Below are positions 1 to 7,170 of a DNA stretch of 63,434 nucleotides, piece after piece. This stretch comes from a bacterium (GTDB lineage Bacteria; Patescibacteriota; Minisyncoccia; UBA6257; 02-FULL-45-10c). Position 1 is the stretch's first letter. Every line of letters begins with the position of its first letter. The position numbers and the translations under genes are program-made. The notes beneath the pieces were generated by a model, which was not told the DNA's origin, ran no database searches, and saw nothing but the letters and a program-made list of their open reading frames with translations. Where the stretch lies: the NCBI GenBank assembly GCA_030646915.1, contig JAUSKT010000001.1, forward strand, positions 1 to 63,434, read 5' to 3'.

Positions 1-1116
1 AATCGAATTTGCTTCATTACTCTGAACGCCTTCTCCTATACCATTTACGGCAGAAACTTTGTAATAATAAGTTGTCCCGCCGCTTACCGAGGTATCACTA
101 TAAGTTAAAACATTTCCAACTGTAGTTAATAAAGTCTCTCCGCCGGAAGTTGTTCCTCGATATATTTTATAATTTGTAATTGCGGATCCGCCGTCAGAAG
201 ATGGCGCTTGCCAGTTCAGAATAATTTGTCCGGTTCCGCCAGTAGCAGTCAAATCCCGAGGCGCATTTGGCGAAGCATTCACAGTTAAAGTATAAATTGC
301 AGTTCTAGTTGTAATGCCGTCAGTGCTTGCAATTGTTATTGCGCTGCTCCCGGGCGGAGTAGAGATTAAAGTATTAATAGTCATTACGGCGGTGCAGCTT
401 GGATTGCAGCTCACCGGGCTAAAAGAGGCAGTAACGCCAGCTGGCAGGCCGGAAGCGGAAAAATCTGTCAATTGGGAAGCGCCAGTTAATAAAGAAACAT
501 CCACGCCGGCAGCAGTAGAATTGCCGCTGGAAACAGTTCCGGAATTTGGGCTTACATTTAAAGAGAAATTAAAAGACGGAGCAGTGGAAAGAAATTCAAT
601 AGCGCTATTACCGGTGGAAATATTAATTGCCCTGGTAACTGATGTGTCATTAACTAGGGCAAGGACTATAACGTGAGACACATTAACCTTGCCAGTGGCT
701 TTCATAAAAATAATGTCATCTGACGCTCCTTGGGCCGGAGTAAGAAATTGAATTGCCGGCGGCAAAACTATTTTTTGGACAATCGTACCGCCGGCATAGC
801 TCGCTCCATAAAAAATTTCATAATAATCAATATCGCTGGCATCCGCCTTAAGATGAACCCCCCACTGGGAACTCTGGTCCTGAGAGACTGCTCTTTGCCG
901 AGCATCCCGCAAATGAGCGAGAAGTTCTTGCGCGGTTAATTCAAGGGTGTTGCGGGCCATAAATCCTGAAATGGATAAATAACTAACTGACCCGATAGTC
1001 GCGGTAATGCCCATAATGACCATTAATTCCAACAAGGTAAAACCAGCGTTAGCTTTTAGCTTGTAGCTTTTTAGCTTTTTAGGGTCAATATTTAATTTTT
1101 CATCTGACGTATTCAT
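1..1116 (-). CDS. Type IV pilin-like protein with prepilin N-terminal methylation motif and distal fibronectin type III domain (3' end runs off the window; absent from supplied ORF track)
   Basis: Manual minus-strand translation from ATG at 1116: MNTSDEKLNIDPKKLKSYKLKANAG|FTLLELMVIMGITATIGS... (G-1, F+1, E+5 class III signal). The distal part ...PRDLTATGGTGQIILNWQAPSSDGGSAITNYKIYRG...TYYYKVSAVNGIGEG is FN3-like. The frame stays open to position 1. Confidence 0.8.
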   Translation of the reverse strand, partial: MNTSDEKLNIDPKKLKSYKLKANAGFTLLELMVIMGITATIGSVSYLSISGFMARNTLELTAQELLAHLRDARQRAVSQDQSSQWGVHLKADASDIDYYEIFYGASYAGGTIVQKIVLPPAIQFLTPAQGASDDIIFMKATGKVNVSHVIVLALVNDTSVTRAINISTGNSAIEFLSTAPSFNFSLNVSPNSGTVSSGNSTAAGVDVSLLTGASQLTDFSASGLPAGVTASFSPVSCNPSCTAVMTINTLISTPPGSSAITIASTDGITTRTAIYTLTVNASPNAPRDLTATGGTGQIILNWQAPSSDGGSAITNYKIYRGTTSGGETLLTTVGNVLTYSDTSVSGGTTYYYKVSAVNGIGEGVQSNEANSI

Positions 1117-1200
1117 TGTTATTCGTGCTAATAAGCTAACACCTAAGAAGCTAGAACAATTTTCCTAAGAAGCTAATCCCTAAAAAGCTAAGAAGCTTAA

Positions 1201-2409
1201 TTAAATTCCCCCAACCAGCTGATAAATCGGCACAATGACGGACAAAGCAATTGTTCCGATTAAAACACCAATAAACAATAAAAGCGCCGGTTCAATAAAA
1301 GCTACCAAAGTTTTCACCGCGGTATCTACCTCCGATTCATAAAAAATTGAAAGAGTTTTTAAAATATCTTCAATGTGGCCTGCCTTCTCCGAAACTGCGA
1401 TTAAATTAGTAACAACTAATGGAAAAGCTGGCTCTCTCCGGAAAGCATCTCCGATAGTCAGTCCTTTAGAAATTCCCTCTCTGGAAATATTCCTCAAGCT
1501 TTTGGCTAATACATCAGAACCGACAGCATCCGCGGTAATTTCTAAAGAATGAGTAATTGGCAAACCAGCTCTCATTAAGGAAGAAAAAGTTGAAGTGAAG
1601 CGCTGAAGCGCCAATTGCGCCAGAACATTTTTTACAACCGGAAGATGGGTTCCTAAAAGCGCCACTAATTTCCTCCCCGAATAAGATTTCGTCAAGAAAT
1701 ACCACCCGCCAATAACTAAAAAGGCTATAAGAGGAAAAACAATCAGGACATTAGCATTCAAAAAAAGCCCTACCGAAAAAACAATTCTTGAGAAAATCGG
1801 GGGCTTGATCCCGGTTGATAAAAATACATTGGCAATTTTCGGCAAAGCAAAAGTTACCAAGAGTAAAAGCATTAGGAAGGACATAACCAGCAATATTATC
1901 GGATAAATCAAAGCAGCCTGGACTTTATTTTTTAAAGCTTGTTCTTTATCCAAAGAAACGCTTAAATTATCTAAAACCTCGGTAAGATTTCCGGAAGCCT
2001 CGCCGGCCTTGATTAAATTGATAAAAATCTGGGAAAAATATTTAGGATATTTTTCAAAAGTAATATAAAAAGGATTGCCTTTCTCTAAATTAGTTTTTAT
2101 TTCAATTAATAGCGCCTTTAAAACCGGTTTATCAAAATCATTAACTAAAATATCAATAGCTTTAAAAAGATCCGTGCCGGCTTTTAACATCAAAGAAAGG
2201 TATCTGGTTAAAAATACCTTATCAGAAATACTGATAGATTGGCCAAAAAATTTTATTCCACCAATATCCGCGGAACGGTTCAATTTAATAGAAACTGGGC
2301 GCAATCCCTTGCCGGCTAAAAATTGCAAAACCTCAGAAGAATCTTGCGCATCTACATCTCCTTCCAAAATTTTTCCGTTAAGTTGTGATGCAATGTAATG
2401 AAATTTCAT
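1201..2409 (-). CDS. pilC: Type II secretion system F / PilC family inner-membrane platform protein
   Basis: 402 aa with two GspF-type repeats and three TM segments, next to a GspE ATPase and pilins. Confidence 0.9.
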   Translation of the reverse strand: MKFHYIASQLNGKILEGDVDAQDSSEVLQFLAGKGLRPVSIKLNRSADIGGIKFFGQSISISDKVFLTRYLSLMLKAGTDLFKAIDILVNDFDKPVLKALLIEIKTNLEKGNPFYITFEKYPKYFSQIFINLIKAGEASGNLTEVLDNLSVSLDKEQALKNKVQAALIYPIILLVMSFLMLLLLVTFALPKIANVFLSTGIKPPIFSRIVFSVGLFLNANVLIVFPLIAFLVIGGWYFLTKSYSGRKLVALLGTHLPVVKNVLAQLALQRFTSTFSSLMRAGLPITHSLEITADAVGSDVLAKSLRNISREGISKGLTIGDAFRREPAFPLVVTNLIAVSEKAGHIEDILKTLSIFYESEVDTAVKTLVAFIEPALLLFIGVLIGTIALSVIVPIYQLVGGI

Positions 2410-2410
2410 T

Positions 2411-2450
2411 TTAGCTTGTTAGCTTGTTAGCTTGTTAGCTTGTTAGTTTA
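2411..2450. repeat. Tandem octamer repeat (TTAGCTTG x4 plus degenerate TTAGTTTA) directly upstream of the pilC start
   Basis: Read directly: ttagcttg ttagcttg ttagcttg ttagcttg ttagttta. Confidence 0.9.
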
Positions 2451-2495
2451 GGAACTAAATTTCCTAAAAACTAAGAAGCTACAACCTAAAAAGCT

Positions 2496-4202
2496 TTACT
2501 CTCGTATAACTCTTAATACTTCTTCAATAGTAGTCATTCCCCGCTCCGCTTTTCTAAGCCCGTCTTCGAACATAGTAATTAATCCTTTTTTTCGAGTTAA
2601 CTCACGCAAACCGTCTAAAGAAAAATCCGGCTTTATGATGTAGCTCCTAATCTCATCATCAAAACTCAAAGTTTCAAAAATGCCGATTCTTCCTTTTAAT
2701 CCGCCATGGCCGCAAGAACCGCAACCCTTGCCCCTGTAAAATAATTTTGGCGCTTTATACTTAGAAGCTAAGCCTAAATCTTCAATCTGCTTTTTTATTA
2801 ATTCTAACAGAGAATCAGTGGGCTTATAAGATTCAATGCAGTCGGCGCAAATTTTTCCAACCAGCCTCTGAGCTAAGACTAAATTCAAAACCGCCGCTGC
2901 CAAAAACGGCTGGACTTTCATATCAAATAATCTTGGTACGGCCGTAGGCGCGTCATTAGTGTGGACTGTTGATAAAAGTAAATGCCCGGTCAATGCCGCA
3001 TTGACGGAAATTTCCGCAGTTTCTTCATCTCTGATTTCTCCGACTAAAATAATATTCGGATCTTGCCGCAATAAAGACCGGAGAGCGCTTGCAAAAGTAA
3101 TTCCAGCCGCCGGATTAATCTGGGTCTGATTCACGTATTTAATATTGTATTCAATAGGATCTTCAACTGTGACAACATTCACTTCTGTCTTATTTAAAAC
3201 ATTTAAAACCGAGTAAAGAGTAGTGCTTTTACCGGAGCCGGTCGGTCCGGAAACTAAAATCATACCGAAAGTCTTCTTAATATTATCCATTAAAATCTTC
3301 ACCGTATCCTCGAGCATTCCCAGTTCTTCAAAAGATAATGGCCTTTGAGTTGCGGATAATAAACGCATTTCGGTTTTTTCTCCGTAAAAAGTCGGAATGA
3401 TGGATACGCGGATATCAATATAATCTTTTCCTAAATTTTGCCTGAACCGGCCGTCTTGCGGACGGGAATGTTCATCTAATTTCATGCCAGCCAATAATTT
3501 AATCCTTGCGGTAATCGCTGAATGCACCTCCTTCGGCAATCGCATAATTTCTTTCAAAACTCCATCAATTCGATATCGCACTAATAATGATTCCTCTAAA
3601 ATCTCCAAATGAATATCCGAAGACCTGGAGGCCAGCGCATAAGCAATTAAATTATCAACAATTGCGACAATCGGCAGATCTTCCGCTGATTCTTTCGTGC
3701 CGGAAGCTTTAGAGTTAATAGAAGCATTGACACCTTCTTCAATAATTTTCCTGAAATCTTCCGCGCCTCCTTTGGAATAAAGAGACAAGCCGATATTCAA
3801 ATCTTCTGGAGATGCAAGATATGGCTTAATTTCTGTCTTAAGATAGCGCTTTATAAATTCTACAGTTTCCAAATTGCTCGGATCCTCCATCGCCACTCCC
3901 AGCATGCCATCTGCTTCTTGTTGGAAAACCACCACCCGCTTATTCCGCGATATTTCTTCCGGTAAAAGATGCAATACTTTTTCATCAATGGAGCGGAAAG
4001 ATAAAGCGGCTTTAGCCACGCCGAAATAAGAAGCCAAGAGATCGCTGAAATAATCTTTAGTAATAACCCCCCTAGAAATTAATATATCAGGCGCATTTTG
4101 TCCCATTCTGCCGGCTTCGGAAACTATCTTATCAAAATCTTCGGCGCTGATAAGCCCTTCATTAACTATCAGATCTTTTAATTTTTCATTAGGAATTTGC
4201 AT
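2496..4202 (-). CDS. pilB: Type IV pilus assembly ATPase (GspE/PilB family)
   Basis: 568 aa with an N-terminal MshEN-like domain, Walker A GPTGSGKST, a VGEIRD Asp box and a C-terminal CxxC...CxxC cluster (CADC...CGSC). Confidence 0.93.
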   Translation of the reverse strand: MQIPNEKLKDLIVNEGLISAEDFDKIVSEAGRMGQNAPDILISRGVITKDYFSDLLASYFGVAKAALSFRSIDEKVLHLLPEEISRNKRVVVFQQEADGMLGVAMEDPSNLETVEFIKRYLKTEIKPYLASPEDLNIGLSLYSKGGAEDFRKIIEEGVNASINSKASGTKESAEDLPIVAIVDNLIAYALASRSSDIHLEILEESLLVRYRIDGVLKEIMRLPKEVHSAITARIKLLAGMKLDEHSRPQDGRFRQNLGKDYIDIRVSIIPTFYGEKTEMRLLSATQRPLSFEELGMLEDTVKILMDNIKKTFGMILVSGPTGSGKSTTLYSVLNVLNKTEVNVVTVEDPIEYNIKYVNQTQINPAAGITFASALRSLLRQDPNIILVGEIRDEETAEISVNAALTGHLLLSTVHTNDAPTAVPRLFDMKVQPFLAAAVLNLVLAQRLVGKICADCIESYKPTDSLLELIKKQIEDLGLASKYKAPKLFYRGKGCGSCGHGGLKGRIGIFETLSFDDEIRSYIIKPDFSLDGLRELTRKKGLITMFEDGLRKAERGMTTIEEVLRVIRE

Positions 4203-4229
4203 GAAATTAGCTTTTTAGGTTGTAGCTTA

Positions 4230-4646
4230 TTAGCTTTTTAGGGTTGCAAGCATCTTATTCAACATTTTCATTACTTCAAGTAATAATCTATCTACATCAG
4301 TATAATTCAAGTTTTTACTAAAAGATAATCTTTTAGATATTTCAATTTGAGTTTCTAATTCTGCGCCAGAACCGTAAGCAATAACCAAAAAATGTCTAAA
4401 ATCCTTTCTAGTGCCACGCTTTCTGCCCTCCGCAATATTAGAAGAAATCGAAACAGCTGATCTTCTCATTTGAGAAATAAGACCATATAACTCTGATTTA
4501 GGATATTGTTCAGTCAATTCATAAACTGCTACTACTAACTCAATAGATCTTTGCCATACAATTAAATCTTTATAACTAACTAGCTTGTAGCCAGTAGCTG
4601 GTAGCTTTTTAGGGTCAATATTTAATTTTTCTTCTGTCGTATTCAT
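4230..4646 (-). CDS. Four-helix-bundle protein (23S rRNA intervening-sequence protein / Avd-like family)
   Basis: DLIVWQRSIELVVAVYELTEQYPKSELYGLISQMRRSAVSISSNIAEGRKRGTRKDFRHFLVIAYGSGAELETQIEIS matches the family pattern W-Q..(x)..P..E.y.L..Q.rRsa.Si..NIAEG. It carries a 25-aa N-terminal extension shared with the pilin-like gene. Confidence 0.75.
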   Translation of the reverse strand: MNTTEEKLNIDPKKLPATGYKLVSYKDLIVWQRSIELVVAVYELTEQYPKSELYGLISQMRRSAVSISSNIAEGRKRGTRKDFRHFLVIAYGSGAELETQIEISKRLSFSKNLNYTDVDRLLLEVMKMLNKMLATLKS

Positions 4647-4713
4647 TGTTATTCATGCTAATAAGCTAATGCCTAAAACCTAATTCCTTCCTAACAAGCT
4701 AATCCCTAAAAAG

Positions 4714-5301
4714 CTAGAACTTCAATATCTGCCACCACGGAAGCATCTCTAGCCATCTACTTATAAGTATAGTAGAAATCGCTACCGGCAACCAAAGATA
4801 ATATAAAGACAATCGTTTTTTAGGCTCAAAATAAATAGAGTGGATTGCAGATAATAAAACACTGGTCAACAGCAATAAAATCAAATAAAAAAGCCAATTC
4901 GGATGCCCGACTAAAAAAAGTGCAGTTGCGAAAATATAGGTTTCCGATTCTTCAAAAAATCTTTCTTCATATTTTTTATTGAAACTCTTGGCACTCCAAA
5001 AAAACAGCAAGCTGAAAAATAAAGATAAAATATATGGATTAAAAAATCTGGTTCGCGCATAAAAAATTATATAATCAAAATTCTGATAAGGAGGCAAAAG
5101 CAATTTTCCTATATCGTCATTTTTCCAAAGCTGGTATTGATCCCAGGATAAATAAAAAGCATAGGAAAAAATAAAAATAACCGATATCCAGAATACTAAC
5201 TTACCAAAAAACCCGCTTCGAAAAATTTCAAAACGGGTTTTTGTGCCCAGTAGTTGCAAGCCAAAAATAATACAAAGAATTATTAAGGCGATATTAACCA
5301 T
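4714..5301 (-). CDS. Polytopic membrane protein of unknown function inside the pilus locus
   Basis: 195 aa with about 5 hydrophobic segments. No GxGD/A24 peptidase motif is seen. Confidence 0.55.
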   Translation of the reverse strand: MVNIALIILCIIFGLQLLGTKTRFEIFRSGFFGKLVFWISVIFIFSYAFYLSWDQYQLWKNDDIGKLLLPPYQNFDYIIFYARTRFFNPYILSLFFSLLFFWSAKSFNKKYEERFFEESETYIFATALFLVGHPNWLFYLILLLLTSVLLSAIHSIYFEPKKRLSLYYLWLPVAISTILISRWLEMLPWWQILKF

Positions 5302-5310
5302 TCTTAAAGA

Positions 5311-5889
5311 CTAAAGATCTAAGCCATTGTCAGTTCCAACTTCGTACATAGCTGGCTTATTGCCACCATCGGTTGCTTCTTTATTATCAGCACCAGTAGT
5401 ATATCGGTCACTTTCCAATTTGGCATCTAATTCAAAAGTCTTGCTAGTAGTATTGTCATTGGCATAAGAATAGAAATAGGTGCCATTATTAGTTGGATCA
5501 ACTGGCAATACTGATAAAGCTGGGCCGCCTGGAACTGAAGCGAAATTAACTGGAACCCAACCGTTTGAATCAACTGCTCTTGAAGTTACTAAAGTAGAAC
5601 CCCCACTATGACGGCCACCGCAATTAGCAGCCAAAGCATCTAAATCTGTATCGCCATCATTATAAACATAACAGTTTGCTGTAACTCCCATGGTTGGACT
5701 TGAGGCCGTAGAAACGTAAAGCCCTAAAGCATTACGCAATACTCCTATATCTTGAATTCTGGTTGTGTCTCGAGCTTGAGCGAAAAGCTGAGCTGGGTTT
5801 AATACTAAAACCGATACGGCGCCCAAAACCGCCAAAATACCGATAACGATTACTAATTCTAATAAGGTAAAACCTTTTTGTTTTGACAT
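5311..5889 (-). CDS. Type IV pilin (candidate major pilin)
   Basis: MSKQKG|FTLLELVIVIGILAVLGAVSVLVL is a short leader plus the class III signal. 192 aa. Confidence 0.88.
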   Translation of the reverse strand: MSKQKGFTLLELVIVIGILAVLGAVSVLVLNPAQLFAQARDTTRIQDIGVLRNALGLYVSTASSPTMGVTANCYVYNDGDTDLDALAANCGGRHSGGSTLVTSRAVDSNGWVPVNFASVPGGPALSVLPVDPTNNGTYFYSYANDNTTSKTFELDAKLESDRYTTGADNKEATDGGNKPAMYEVGTDNGLDL

Positions 5890-5987
5890 ATTTTTTTATT
5901 AAACTAAATTTCGACGTCTTTATTAATTAATAATTAGTATAGCATAAGCTTAATAATAGAAAACTTGATAGCTGTTAATAAGTTGCA

Positions 5988-6035
5988 TTAGCTTCTTAGC
6001 TTCTTAGCTTCTTAGGTTCTTAGGTTCTTAGGTTT
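5988..6035. repeat. Tandem octamer array TTAGCTTC x3, TTAGGTTC x2, TTAGGTTT between the response regulator and the major pilin
   Basis: Read directly; six 8-bp units. Confidence 0.9.
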
Positions 6036-6057
6036 TACAATTTATTTTTCTAACAAG

Positions 6058-6423
6058 CTAAACTAAAAAACTTTTGATTTTAGTGACTAAATCGTCAATA
6101 GAAATTTTGGCTTTGATTACATAATCCACTGCGCCAAGTTCTTTGCCTTTTGCCACATCTGATTCCTGCCCTAAATTGGAAATAATCAAGACGGGAATTT
6201 TGGAAATTTGCGGGTCGGATTTCATATCGCCCAATAATTCAAATCCGGATTTATCCGGCAAAATAATATCCAGCAAAACCAAATCCGGCCGGTTATCAGA
6301 CATCGCTTTTATAACCTCGCTGCCTTTTTTTACAGAAATAACTTCCAAACCCTCCTTCTTCAAACGGTTTCCTAAAAGCGAAGAAAGAAATGGATCGTCT
6401 TCAATTAATAAAATCTTTTTCAT
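6058..6423 (-). CDS. Single-domain response regulator (CheY/PilH-like receiver)
   Basis: 121 aa: ILLIEDD...DLVLLDIILPDKSGFELL...PVLIISN...K, with the receiver acidic pocket and conserved Lys. Confidence 0.9.
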   Translation of the reverse strand: MKKILLIEDDPFLSSLLGNRLKKEGLEVISVKKGSEVIKAMSDNRPDLVLLDIILPDKSGFELLGDMKSDPQISKIPVLIISNLGQESDVAKGKELGAVDYVIKAKISIDDLVTKIKSFLV

Positions 6424-6545
6424 AGTGCGATACCAATATACGAATACATGCTAATGATACGAATACTACTAATTATAATATTAAAATGATTTAATATCAA
6501 AATAATACAAGCTAAAAAACCTTCCAGTTCTAACAAAACTATTTA

Positions 6546-6591
6546 CTCAAATTTTTGAGCTATTGACAAGATTTATATAGTGTGCTATAAT
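6546..6591 (+). promoter_or_regulatory. Sigma70-type promoter (TTGACA-17-TATAAT) preceded by the inverted repeat CTCAAATTTTTGAG
   Basis: -35 at 6563-6568, -10 at 6586-6591, IR at 6546-6559. Confidence 0.65.
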
Positions 6592-6597
6592 ACTTAT

Positions 6598-6754
6598 TAT
6601 GAGAGTGGTTGGCGATGATAGCTCTGCCTAGCTATAAGCTGGGTTCGACTATAAGCTGGGTTTTTCCCCTAATCGCGGCAATCCCGCGAAACACCCAGCG
6701 GCCATTCTCACGTTCTTTCCTTAAAGCCACTGCTAACGCGGTGGCTCTTTTTTT
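6598..6754 (+). ncRNA. Candidate ~155-nt small RNA of unknown family (promoter to intrinsic terminator, no credible ORF)
   Basis: Consensus promoter upstream. Closing stem GAGAGTGG/CCATTCTC, inner stem GCTGGGT/ACCCAGC, hairpin CGCGG-caatc-CCGCG. Terminator GCCAC...GTGGC plus a T-run at 6726-6754. Confidence 0.45.
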
Positions 6755-6774
6755 ATTTAAAAATCCAAAGTATG

Positions 6775-6819
6775 CTCAAATTTTGAGCTATTGCCACTGA
6801 AGAAAATTAAGATTACTAT
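6775..6819 (+). promoter_or_regulatory. Second copy of the IR-plus-promoter unit (CTCAAATTTTGAG, TTGCCA-17-TACTAT) driving the 84-aa ORF
   Basis: Near-duplicate of 6546-6568: CTCAAAT(T)TTTGAGCTATTG(A/C)CA. Confidence 0.5.
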
Positions 6820-6851
6820 TCATAATAGCTTATTACCAGTGAGAAAATAGA

Positions 6852-7106
6852 ATGAAAATACAGCCTGATGTTATTTCGGTGCAGATGCGACTGAAACAAA
6901 ATACTATTAAAAAAGTAGAAAAAATATCTAAAATATTTTCTAGTGAAAATCGGGCAGATGCAGTGAGAACTTCTATAGATATAGCCGACTTAGTTACAAA
7001 AACAATTGCTAGCGGATCTCGGGTTATGATTTATCCTCCTTGGTGGAAATTTTGGAAAAGTCCACAAAGACTCATTATACCTTCTCTAAACCAACCGCAA
7101 CTTTAA
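6852..7106 (+). CDS. Small hypothetical protein, possibly ribbon-helix-helix DNA-binding
   Basis: 84 aa. The N-terminal ISVQMRLKQNTIKKVEKISKIF...RADAVRTSIDIA has a strand-helix-helix pattern. It has its own promoter and terminator. Confidence 0.5.
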   Translation: MKIQPDVISVQMRLKQNTIKKVEKISKIFSSENRADAVRTSIDIADLVTKTIASGSRVMIYPPWWKFWKSPQRLIIPSLNQPQL

Positions 7107-7124
7107 CAAGTGGCGGTTTTTTTT
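7094..7124 (+). terminator. Intrinsic terminator after the 84-aa ORF
   Basis: ACCGC...GCGGT stem followed by T8. Its tail TTTTTTATTTAAAAATCCAAA repeats the tail of the sRNA terminator at 6747-6769. Confidence 0.6.
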
Positions 7125-7170
7125 ATTTAAAAATCCAAAAATTAAACACCCCATCAATCCAACCAACAAG

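Noticed and set aside
314-939. Plus-strand ORFs 314-676 and 730-939 from the track.
   Set aside because: They lie antisense to a long, motif-rich minus-strand pilin/FN3 reading frame that is open from 1116 to the window edge. They have no recognisable motifs.
4230-4646. The four-helix-bundle (Avd-like) gene as part of a diversity-generating retroelement.
   Set aside because: There is no reverse transcriptase in 63 kb. The only repeat involving it (1072-1146 vs 4602-4676) has mixed substitutions rather than adenine-specific ones, and it covers a 5' leader, not a C-terminal variable region.
2411-6035. The octamer arrays as CRISPR-like repeats.
   Set aside because: The units are 8 bp and contiguous with no spacers, and there are no cas genes. 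They are simple tandem repeats.
6598-6754. Assigning the sRNA to SRP RNA, tmRNA, 6S, RNase P or a fluoride (crcB) riboswitch.
   Set aside because: It has no GNRA-capped SRP helix-8 motif, no tRNA-like acceptor or CCA context, and no RNase P GAGGAAAGUCC. GGCGATGATAGC only superficially resembles the crcB 5' motif, and the CUGAUGA half is absent.
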